From assembly GCA_026023565.1 (NCBI GenBank), contig JAPETS010000004.1, positions 682,001 through 746,000 on the forward strand: DNA of 64,000 nt. The letters run 5' to 3'. The first letter of the stretch is position 1. Each line of letters starts with the position of its first letter. The notes beneath the pieces are model-generated. The model worked only from the letters and a program-made list of their open reading frames with translations. It was not told where the DNA came from and ran no database searches. The translations under genes were made by a program, and so were the position numbers. This document shows, piece after piece, positions 1-10,592 of this stretch. Source of the stretch: Cirrosporium novae-zelandiae (Eukaryota).

Positions 1-2
1 AA

Positions 3-1490
3 AGATATTTAGATGATGTAGATGAAACCAGAACCCCAACACTTCCGCAGCTTGTCAAGCAAGAGAATGGTCCTAAAGCGGATGCACAGCCTACAACCAC
101 CGACGAAGACCTCTCCTCAGTTTCACCTTCTGCACAAGCTCTTCCTTCATCACCTAGCCAAAGTAACGCGAGCGAAGACGATTCGGATACCCAATCTACA
201 TCGACAAACAATACACCATCTAGCAGACCCTCTACTACTTTAAAGGTCAAACAAAAACCCCATTTACTTGACCGTTTGTCCTCCTCGATAGCCTCGACAA
301 AGAGTAGTGGTAACAGAAAACCCACGACACCACGTTCTGCGCCAGCCCGTCGCAAAAGCTCTAATCTTCCACAACCAAATAGTGTCAATTTCAATAGATC
401 TAGTGAAGCCAATGATAATGAAAAGAATAAGAAAGCAAGCCTAACAACAAAGTCTGCCCAAGTTTCCGACTGGAGCCAGTTGTCATCCGCTTTTAAGCAA
501 GGCAGTGGCTCTTCAGTGGCGTCAGAAAATAGTACCCGAATAAAACGACGCAAGAACTACAACGTCGACGAAAATGTACAGAATGCAACAGGCGTCTTCA
601 CCAACAGAGAAATCGAAAGTCTCGAGCAGTTTAGAAACCTATATTGTAACGTCAATGACCTTTCACATCAAGATTTCAACAACAAAGCACAAAAAACTGG
701 TTCGGAGCGAAATGCCGACCGAGATGCTAAAGAAATCTGGAAAGGGTTCCATGAAGCCCTCCCGTACCGGGAACAGCATTCCTTGCGACGTTTCTGCCGC
801 CGACACTTCGATAACCCGACAAAGTCCCGTAAATGGAGCAAGGAGGAAGACAAACAGCTTGTCCAACTTGTCGCAGAAAAGGGACGTCGGTGGACGGAGA
901 TTGCAGCAGAACTTGATCGAAATCCCGAAGCCGTTTGGAATCGATATAAGGACTATCTAGCGCATGGTATATCTAGCAAGGGTCCTTGTCCTTGGACCGA
1001 AGAAGAAGCAAATAACCTAGAAATGTACATGATAGAGTGCCGACAACAGGTCCAAGAGAAGCAGGCGGGGAAACAAGGATCCATCGCCCGTGGCGGTCAA
1101 TCTTCTCAAGTTCGCCCTGGGATGAGTTACTGGCAGGCTGTCAGCCAGAAGATGAAGACGCGGAATCCTAAGCAATGCATGCTCAAATGGAAGCGAATCC
1201 AGGAGAAAAGGGAAAACGAGTCTGGATCTTCAAGAGGAGATTCAAAAACACCTCAGAGGTCGATCTCAAGCTCTCCTTTCAGCGTCGACTGGCGTCAAAC
1301 TAGGGCCTCACTAAATCGCAATTCTAGTCCTAGATCTAGCCTTGGGAAATTTAGTCCAGCTCCAAAAAGCCTCCAGGATATGTACTCGTCAGATGAGAAG
1401 GGAGAATCAGAAGACGAAATCGAAGATGATGATAGCAACGACGACGATGTTGTTCCAGAAAGTCGGCAAGGATCTGTCGAATTAAGTTAA
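3..1490 (+). CDS. Myb/SANT-repeat DNA-binding protein, Reb1/Nsi1/TTF-I-like (5' end outside window)
   Basis: Frame is open from base 3 to the TAA at 1490; Myb repeats KWSKEEDKQLVQLVAEKGRRWTEIA and PWTEEEANNL..YWQAVSQKMKTRNPKQCMLKW; acidic tail. Confidence 0.75.
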   Translation, partial: RYLDDVDETRTPTLPQLVKQENGPKADAQPTTTDEDLSSVSPSAQALPSSPSQSNASEDDSDTQSTSTNNTPSSRPSTTLKVKQKPHLLDRLSSSIASTKSSGNRKPTTPRSAPARRKSSNLPQPNSVNFNRSSEANDNEKNKKASLTTKSAQVSDWSQLSSAFKQGSGSSVASENSTRIKRRKNYNVDENVQNATGVFTNREIESLEQFRNLYCNVNDLSHQDFNNKAQKTGSERNADRDAKEIWKGFHEALPYREQHSLRRFCRRHFDNPTKSRKWSKEEDKQLVQLVAEKGRRWTEIAAELDRNPEAVWNRYKDYLAHGISSKGPCPWTEEEANNLEMYMIECRQQVQEKQAGKQGSIARGGQSSQVRPGMSYWQAVSQKMKTRNPKQCMLKWKRIQEKRENESGSSRGDSKTPQRSISSSPFSVDWRQTRASLNRNSSPRSSLGKFSPAPKSLQDMYSSDEKGESEDEIEDDDSNDDDVVPESRQGSVELS

Positions 1491-1955
1491 TTCGTTTTTT
1501 TTTTCTTATCTTAAATAGGGCTGTTAGTTGTGGCATTTTATGATTCAACGTTTTAGTAGCCACGGTGCTCGGGTGATTTAACAAACACGGTTAATCAATA
1601 TTTTACAGGGCAGGGAAAAAAGAGAAGCCAGATTATGCAAAATATACAATATCCACCCATCATCTATCTTCCTTTCTCTCTTATTTCTTATTTCTCATTA
1701 GCCTTCCAATATCTAAAGTTCACAACACTGGCCATTCATCAGCATCAGCCTCAGGATGCGACACCAATTCCTTCCGGGAGGCTTAAAAAACACAAAAAAA
1801 AAAGGTTCGATAAAAATAGAATAGCCCCCCCACCTGGTAGCCAGCCCTCTACTTAAAACCCATACACATAATACAAGCATTCCTTCCTCCCCTTCCTTCC
1901 TCCCTTCCTCCCTACCTAACCTAATTTCCGCCCTCCCCACCCCATCCAACTCACC

Positions 1956-2186
1956 CTATCTAACCCCCCGTCCCTGTAACCGTCCCCCCGTTCTCTCCAA
2001 CCCCACTTTCTCTTTCCTCCACCGCCACCGCCTCACGATCCAGATTATCACAGCCACTAAAATCGCAAAGCCGACGAGCGAGCCGACAACGATGCCTGCG
2101 AGAGTGGAATTGGAGAAACGCGAGCCGCAGACTGTGTAGTCGCAGGCGTTGTAACCGTATTGGCGTTTTTGTGGTGGGGGAGGCAT
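1956..2186 (-). CDS. Putative small single-pass membrane protein (76 aa)
   Basis: ATG-started ORF with TM helix LAGIVVGSLVGFAILVAVIIWIV followed by a basic stop-transfer RRWRWRK. Confidence 0.45.
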   Translation of the reverse strand: MPPPPQKRQYGYNACDYTVCGSRFSNSTLAGIVVGSLVGFAILVAVIIWIVRRWRWRKEKVGLERTGGRLQGRGVR

Positions 2187-3369
2187 AGGGTATGTTTTTG
2201 TTTTTTGGGAGGGGTTTGGGGTTTAGATATTTGAAGGGGGGGTTCGGTAGAGAAGAAGAGAGGTGAACGGAACCTGAAAGAAACCTGTGGTCTATAGTAT
2301 GTGACGATGCGCGAAATGAGCTGGTCCGGTCTGCTCTATTCTGCTCTGCTCCGCTGGAGTTAGTATGAATATCTTCGAAACAGCAAATAAGAGTAAGAGT
2401 AAGTAGAAAGATATCGCCGTTATCGTTATCGTTATTGTGTGTAGCACACACCCAAACGTATGAAACGTACGAAATAGATTTATAGTTATGATTTTGATTA
2501 TGATAGAAGTGCTTGACCTGCTCTGGCGTGCCCGAGAAATGATTGATTGGGGAGTTGGTATGGGAAGAGGTGTATTGGGGATAGGGGGGTGAGAGGTGAG
2601 GATGGAGGTTGAAGATAGAGGAAGAGGGGGTGGGTGGAAGAAGGAGAAGGACTGAGTTTTGTTTGTATGTGTAGGTGTTGATGATGTTGATGATGTTGAT
2701 GTGTGTATTTATATATATATGATTATATATGTGAATATAAGCTGTGGGGGAGGAGGGGGTTAATGAATGACGGGGAGTTATATAGCCATTTTCACAAAAC
2801 ACACCCCTTCTCCTTATAAATCATTAACTCAAGATCCCTATCCCTACCTAGGTATCTATGTTATTAACATTTACGCGAAAATCTATACCTGTCTAGGCTA
2901 GGTTTTGAAAAGAAGGAAGGGTGGGTTTTGGGAGGAGGGATGTAAATGGAAAGGAGGGAGGAGGAAGGGAGGGAGTGCAGTGCAGTGTAGTGTAGTAATT
3001 TGCTTCTCGCTTTTAGGCATGGAAGGTATGGAAATGTGAATAGACTATATAGACTGGTCGTGAGTGAGTGAGATAGAGGCTAGTTGTATCTAGATGGCTT
3101 TTGGGGAGTTGGATTTGGATTTGGATTTAATTTAATGGGTTGGGGTATTTTTTTTTATTAACATTGGTATTGATTATTGGGTCTATTTGTTGGTATTATA
3201 TTATATTATATTACTATCTCGGTACCCTATTTACGGATAGATAGTGTAAATTCGTTTTTATTAACTAGTAAGTAAGCAATAGTCAAAAGACCGAATTAAT
3301 TTATATATATATAATTACAATGACCTAATTATTTTAACAATATCCATTTCATCTCACTTATTTAATATA

Positions 3370-4903
3370 TCATATAACCATCCACCCCACAACCGCAACC
3401 AAATCCACCACCACCAACCCCCCCCTCATTCCCAATCTCCAAATCACAAATACCCTGCATATCAACTCATACAATACCAACAACTCCAAGGACCCGAACG
3501 CGATGAGATCGGTTAGGAGCAAGGAAAGAAGAATACGTTTGTATATTCCTGTATCACAGCTTTGGGGGGGTGTTTTCATGGCCAGCGGTTGCTGATGAGG
3601 AAGATCTAGGAATATGAAGGTATCGAGATCGGAGAGGGGGAAGGTGCGGATGTCGGCAACTGTTGTTGATTCTGTTGTTGAAGAAGGTGGTGGTGATGAT
3701 AAAACATGATGATGTGGAGGATTTGGTGCTGGTGATCTTCTTAATTTCCTGATCAGTGACCAAGATATCCTATCGATTAAACTCGCCTTCTGCATGTGCT
3801 TTTCTAGTCTCTGCCCCAGCTCTCGTCTGGTTGCTGGCCCTCTATCAAATAGAAAGGATAGGGATTTCGGGTCATCGGTCCAGATCATCCGGGATTGGAT
3901 AGGCGTGGATAGGAATTCCGTATCGATTATTTCTCGCGCGTGTGCGCACTTTGCGAAACGGACGTAGAATTCTGGTGTTAGGATGCGGAAAGATATTACC
4001 CTGGAGGTTTTGTCGTCATCGGGGGTTGATGATGACTGATTCCTGGGAGCAGATTCAAACGTTATTTCCTTGGCGTGTTGGGCTGGTGCAGTGGATAGGA
4101 CATGGGCGATGAGTTTGGGATGGGACTTTGAGGAGAGTAATTTAATGGTATTGGAAATATGAATGTTTGTGGAGAAAGGATCGGAGGCCACGAGAGTGTA
4201 TGAACCTTTGCGCGAGTTGAATAGCGAGACATGAAAATCTTTGGACCAGTGCTTGGATAGTTTAGAAACCGAGGCGCTGTGACCAAGTATACCAGGGAAT
4301 ATCCGAAGGACCTTTCCCTTGGCTTTGAAGATAAGTGTACAACTTGGACTGAAATGAATTGCTGCCCCGTTGTAGATAGTCTTCGGCATTGATGCTGAAT
4401 CAGCCTGATAAAGTGAGCACCCTCCTAGGCATTGACCAATCGATTGGAACACCGGCAAGCAAGTACGTATAACTGAATGAATGCTTTTGAGGGAACAAAC
4501 GTGTATGGGTTGTTCGAGAAGGAAATAGAAGGCTCTTCAATTCCAGTGGCAGTGAAGGCGGCTGAACATGGTCTAGATGATACTCCGGTTCTTCCTCCAC
4601 TTCAGTACATTGAGCATTAGGAATATAAAAAACACGGCGATAAATTAGGACGAGGACAATACACAAGAAAATGATAGAGAGTAGTTGAGCCAAGAAATTA
4701 GAATTAAAGGTCTCCTTCAATGCATACTCTTGGATATATGGAAGGTGAAAACATATGAAGATGAGAGAATCACCGATAGTTAAACTAGGGTCAAGGTGAA
4801 GTTTTCCGACCTTGAAAAGAACGAAAATGCTTGAAAGAACAAGCGACGTTGATTGAGGTTCCATCCCTCTTTTTGTTTCCAATAGATTTTGGAAAGATGA
4901 CAT
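3370..4903 (-). pseudogene. DUF1365-family pseudogene
   Basis: Family-like motifs HTRLFPQKHSFSYTYLLAGVP, (W>TGA)FSINAEDYLQRG, YLVTAPRFLNY and WSKDFHVSLFNSRKGSY are spread over three frames with no intron signals between them. Confidence 0.7.
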
Positions 4904-5295
4904 TTAGATTAATTATTAGATATCTATTTAATCTACAAGGTACTGTACATGTAAGTAATTATTGAATGACGAAAGCGGTCCAAATTGATGGTTGCCACCT
5001 CGCTTAGTAAACTGCCTCTGTCATAAAATGATTTCCGTACCCCCTGTGCCCCCCTGCATCCCCTCCCTCAACATCACTGGCTACTCAGCCCTTTACTGCC
5101 ATCGTAGTTAAAGCCGAAGGGCGGTGGCGGTCATATATAAAATCTAGTTCTTTTTCAACTTTCCTTCTATCACTCACTCCTCCATACCCATCCAACAGCA
5201 ACAACAAAGAACTTTATTACACACAACACTTTTCCTCCCCATCTTCTTATCACCACAAACCCCACAACCCTTACCACTATTTAATCTCGATCAAG

Positions 5296-5847
5296 ATGGA
5301 TGATTGGGATACTGTTACCAAAATCGGCAGCCGAGCTCGTGGCGGTGCTTCTCAACGGGAAACTGTCGTCAGATCACAAGGGGCCTTGAATCAAGCACGA
5401 CGAACTGGAGCTGTGGTCAATACTGAGAAGAAATATGCTGCTGGTAATGCTGTATGTCTTCACCTCATCTACACAAACACCTGACATCTGCTTTGATGAT
5501 GACGACGAAACTAATATTTAATGCGATAATTCTAGACAACTAAACCCTCCGTCGAAGGCCAACATCTCACAAAAGTCGACCGAAGCGACGATATCGTGAA
5601 GCCCAAGAGTGTTGGCCAAAAGGTCGGTGATGCCATCAAAGCCCGCCGTAACCAAGAAGGCTACAAGATGACTCAAAAAGAACTCGCCACCAAATGCAAC
5701 ACCACACAAGGGATGATCCAGGACTTTGAACGAGGTGTTGCTCCTCCGGACCAGAAGGTTCTGGGTGCCATGGAGAGGGTCCTCAACGTTAAGCTGAGGG
5801 GTAGTGATATTGGGGCGGAAAAGTTTCCGAAGAAGAACAAGAAGTAG
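5296..5847 (+). CDS. MBF1: Multiprotein bridging factor 1; exons 5296-5451 and 5536-5847
   Basis: [33 protein letters not shown]-terminal [28 protein letters not shown] intron. Confidence 0.95.
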
Positions 5848-6433
5848 ATAAGGATTGATGCTGCTTCTTGATAATGGAGAAGGGAAACAATAGATGTACC
5901 TTTCGGAGTTGGGGCGGTTACTCTAAAAACGGAATACTGGCTTTGATGACGGTGATGATGATGGGCAGTGCTTATCACGCAGCGATTCAGCCCTAGATAG
6001 CGTTGAGCAAATTATTCTATTTGCTGGGCACACGGTTTACGGGATAACCTTTATAGAGAAATTGTGGTCCGACTTTCAAAAGCCTTTACAACTTAGTTTT
6101 CAAAGCTTGCATGTATATGCTGACCCAAATAAGATAATTGTAGGCCGCAGGTGTTTGTATTCTATATCTCTCTATTTAATATTGGGTAAATTTTTTTTCA
6201 CTTCCAGAATTATATCCCATAGAAGGGTGTACAAATGTCCAACGAAAAGCTGACGGTATAACTATACTGACCATAGCCCGAATACCCCATTCAATATTTT
6301 GCCGATCCGATTTCACCTAGGTTGAGCGGCGATTGGAAAACCGACACAGGCTGAATAGTGGCTGCCCCAATTCGTCCCGAAGGTGGGAATTTTCAACCAG
6401 AAAATCCACTGATTGGCCGTCACTTTCCATGTT

Positions 6434-8236
6434 TTATAGTTTGTTCTGCAGGATTGTCTTCATTTTCTTCTCAACCGCATTCAAATACTTCGTTGTTGTG
6501 ACATAGTCCTTCCGTTCCTTCTTTCCACATGCTAATGCCAAATCCTTTGTCATAATTCCATCCTTGTCGACCGTGTCAACACAGGCCTGCTCCAAGCTTT
6601 CTGCAAACGCAACAACTTCAGGGGTATTGTCGAGTTTGCCTCGTTGGATAAGGCCACGAGTCCAGGCAAATATCGAGGCAATGGGGTTGGTAGATGTTTC
6701 ATTACCCTTCTGATGTTCGCGGTAATGGCGGGTCACAGTACCATGAGCGGCTTCGGATTCGAACGTCTTGCCATCGGGGGTCATAAGGACTGAGGTCATG
6801 AGGCCAAGAGAGCCAAAACCTTGGGCAACAATATCTGACTGGACATCACCATCATAGTCTGTTTTGTTATTAGCATTTTATTAGAACTTGGATGGGTTAT
6901 TTACTCTTCAAAGCAAGAACGAAGCCACCGGCACTCTTGATCATTTGAGCAACCATGTCGTCAATCAATCGATGTTCATACCAAATGCCTTTCGCATCAA
7001 ACTCTTTCTTGTATGTGGTGTCATAGATCTCTTGGAATATATCCATGAATCTTCCGTCATACTTCTTTAGAATAGTGTTCTTCGTACTCATGTACATAGG
7101 CATTTCTTTGCTAAGAGCAATCTTGAAGGATGCATGTGCAAATCCAGTAATGGACTCATCAGTGTTGTATTGTGTTTGTGCAATACCGGGACCCTTGAAG
7201 TCAAAAACCTTGATGCGTTCAGGTTCTCCTCCTTTAGGGGTAAAGACCATTTCCAATGTCCCTGGGCCACTTGTAAGATGGTCCTTGGCTCTGTATTGAT
7301 CTCCAAAGGCATGACGTCCAATCACAATTGGCTTCTTCCAGCCTGGTACGAGACGTGGGATTGTGGGGATAACGATTGGTTCACGGAAAACTGTACCTCC
7401 ACTTCAAGAAATTATCAGCAGCAGTGGTCGCTTTGGGGTCAAATGAGGCCTACAGAGCATTACGGATAGTGCCGTTGGGAGACAACCACACTGATTTTTG
7501 TCAATCAAATGAACCACCACACATTGGAGAAACTTACTCTTCTTGAGCTTGAACTCCTTCACTCGAGCCTCATCCGGGGTGATTGTAGCACATTTCACAC
7601 CGACAGAGTGCTTCTTGATAGCCTCGGCAGCATCAATCGTGACCTGATCATTGGTCTCATCACGATATGGTAGACCCTATTCCCCAAATGAGCATCCTCC
7701 CAATGCAGTCACTTTTTGGTTTATACTGACAAGGTCATAGTATTTCAAATCGATGTCGAGGTAACTTCCCAAAGATCAATTGGTAGTTCTTTGCATTCAG
7801 GCTAGACATGCATGACTCACGGATATATAAACTTTTATAAAGTGTCAGCGAGGTCAATTGAATAATTTCTGGATTAATGAGACAGACCTTGTCTTTAATA
7901 TCCTTCCAGATGATTCTTGTCATCTATGTGCCTTTTTGTAAGTTTTGACTAATGGAAAGTTCCTCACAACCGAAGGGCATTCACCTCGTCACCGTCCAGC
8001 CTGTTGACAATCTATATTTAGTAACATCACTATCAAGCTATCAAAGACAAAGCTTACTCCACTACCGGGTTCTTGACTTTAATCTTGCTGATTGTTGCCA
8101 TTCTCCTGCCCTGAGAGAAAACCAGGCCTGACCAAGGAGCAAAGGAAACAGCTCGAAAAGACGAGGATAGGGCATTCATGGGAACAGGAGAGGCGGACAG
8201 GCGATAGCACGCCTTTAAAGATTGAGTTGAAAACAT
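6434..8236 (-). CDS. IDP1: NADP-dependent isocitrate dehydrogenase, multi-exon, with mitochondrial presequence
   Basis: [51 protein letters not shown]. Confidence 0.96.
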
Positions 8237-8444
8237 GGTGGCTGTTTTCTCACGTAGGAACTAGCTATGAAGCTCTTTCTAGCTGCAATAATTGCTGTTA
8301 TCTTTCTGTTCCTCTTTGCCGACCTCGGTATTGAAAAACTATCACGATCGACTGATGTTGAGAAGTGGAGCTTCCGGCGAAGACGGAGATGATTTAAACC
8401 GGCATATCCTTGTACAACATGAGCTTCTTTCCATACTAGCAGCT

Positions 8445-8777
8445 GAAGATTCAATAGAGATTAGATAAGATTACATGTGAATAAGGTTGAGTGTTGAGAT
8501 TCAACACTTTGTGGAAAATAATTATAATAGACTGCATATACCCTTATAATATTTCTGATCACTCTATTCTCGGATGCCATAAATATAAGGTTGGGTTTGA
8601 TCCCCAAGAGCGCTAGTGATTGGTCACAATGGTATCAATGCTCCTCTCAGATGAAGATTAAATAGAGATTAGATAAGATTATATCCGCAACAGGTCAAGC
8701 GTTGAGATTCAACATTTTCGTGGAAAATGATTATAATAGACTACATACCTTATCATATTTCCAGTCACTCCATATCT
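8445..8777. repeat. Diverged direct duplication of about 125 bp (8445-8570 and 8653-8777)
   Basis: Shared blocks AATAGAGATTAGATAAGATTA, GTTGAGATTCAACA, GTGGAAAAT and ATTATAATAGACT in the same order. Confidence 0.85.
8570..8637 (+). repeat. 68-bp dispersed repeat, copy A (tRNA-derived/SINE-like)
   Basis: 59/68 ungapped identity to 36781-36848. Confidence 0.8.
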
Positions 8778-8788
8778 ACCAATCTTCT

Positions 8789-9409
8789 TTATTTGCTATC
8801 AAAGACTATCATAAGATAGATATTTGCCACAGGCCACGCCATCATAAAGGTCATGATGAATATAACTATCAGGTACATGATCGTCAAATATCTCTCGGTG
8901 TTCTTCATCCGCTTTTTGGTCACCGTAATATGCACCATCATTATTCCTGTGCAGAAAACCGCTGGCATAGCAAACCGGAAGAGTTCCTTGTCATACTCGC
9001 TATGGTTACTTATCGTAACGGTGAGACGAGTGACCCAATATATTAACAGGCAGAAGCACATGGTAGCCCACATCCCTAGGAGAACCCAATTGGCAGTCTT
9101 TTGTTTCGTCGAAGGTTCTTCTTTCAGATATTTGTCAAACGGCGTAGGCATCGGATAATCGCGACGGCCAATTTTAGGAGGCATCCTCCCATACTCCCTG
9201 AGACCACTTGGGGGAGGTGTCCTTATGATCGGCCTTCTCTCGAGATCAATTGGCCTTCTCTCGATATCCCTATCGATATACCTTCTATCGGCCATCCTTC
9301 TCTCGATATCACTTCTTAGACTCCCGTTGTTAGGAGAATAAGTATCGCTGGCGGGGACACTCCAGGGGATGAACTCAGGGGCCCCATCGTCGTTCCTTAT
9401 GGCCACCAT
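8789..9409 (-). CDS. Hypothetical membrane protein, about 3 C-terminal TM helices
   Basis: Intronless 206-aa ORF from ATG 9409; internal DIERR-like repeats; three hydrophobic segments. Confidence 0.55.
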   Translation of the reverse strand: MVAIRNDDGAPEFIPWSVPASDTYSPNNGSLRSDIERRMADRRYIDRDIERRPIDLERRPIIRTPPPSGLREYGRMPPKIGRRDYPMPTPFDKYLKEEPSTKQKTANWVLLGMWATMCFCLLIYWVTRLTVTISNHSEYDKELFRFAMPAVFCTGIMMVHITVTKKRMKNTERYLTIMYLIVIFIMTFMMAWPVANIYLMIVFDSK

Positions 9410-10592
9410 GATTCTAGACACAGCTAGACTCGATGGTTCACAAAAAAGAAAAGTCGCTTAAGTTGCGGAATGAACAAAGTCGCGTGGTGCAAGATACTTG
9501 AATTTTAGGATATAGATGACGGATGATGAAGCAAAGGAGCTTCCTCGGGAAGACCCCAAAACTATCATGACAATTAAAGGTCGCCAGACTCCTCCAAGAC
9601 CACAGGATTGCAATTCGAGAAATATAGATTCGTGTTCGAGAATAACTAATTAAAGCCCCCTCCAGAGATGACGGGCAGGGGACTTTGACAAATAAAAGAA
9701 CCGTCATATAGGGATGATCTTTAATTGCCTCTTGAAAGGAGATATGTATTTCCTCATCTAACCAACCACCAAAACGAAACAAACATTTACTATAGATTTC
9801 AGCATCAAATAGAATGAAAGGTGACATTCTATTTCCGGCTCCAAAATAAGCACCTAGTAAACTATGACGGAATTGGGAGAAGAAAAAGGATTTTTTTGGC
9901 TACTATATACATATTAAGATAACCATCCAAGCCCCTTCCACACATCCTTCGCGCCTTTGTGTGCATGTATCAAAAAAACCCCCCAGAGGAGTAAATATAA
10001 ATAGCACCCGCAACTCGAAAGTATGGATGTGGAGGGGTACCTTTTAAAGGAACGGAAGGATCGTGATGTTTTGGTAAATGCAAGATGATGGCGGTCACAT
10101 GCTTTTGTATGCCTGTGTATTGTACTGTACAGTACATATGTATCTATGTGACGAGACAAGGTAATGATTATCAAATCCTTTTGTATTCCGTCCCTCTTAA
10201 AAGATGCATAATAGTTTAATAATAGTTGATAATAATTCAAATCGAATAACTCTCACTTGCTAGTCTGTCATTATATCATGCAAATTGTACTTGTAATGGC
10301 CAAGGCTATCGACACAACTTACTACCTAGGTAGTTAGAACAGCGATGCCAGTCTTCAGATGCTTGGATATTCTTTTAAGTCATTCAAATTCATATTGTGA
10401 TTCATTATTTGAGTCCAAAGGGTATGTTCATCATCCATCATCAGACACCCTTTTTCTTGGCATGAATCGGGTGGATAATCCCATTTTCCTTCAGCTAACC
10501 AACGCCTTCACCTTTACCATATCTTTACCGTGTAATGAGTAGACAAGAAAGTATTGAAAGTATTGAAAGTGCCATCGCTAGCGCATCTAAAA

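Noticed and set aside
1960..2802. 280-aa ORF on the - strand
   Set aside because: GTG start, built from simple repeats, no domain-like content
4400..4402. TGA at a Trp position as A-to-I editing, selenocysteine or readthrough
   Set aside because: Two further frame disruptions follow, so pseudogenisation is the simpler explanation
8570..8637. Intact tRNA gene
   Set aside because: No D-arm, no pairing anticodon stem, no 5' acceptor strand and no poly-T terminator
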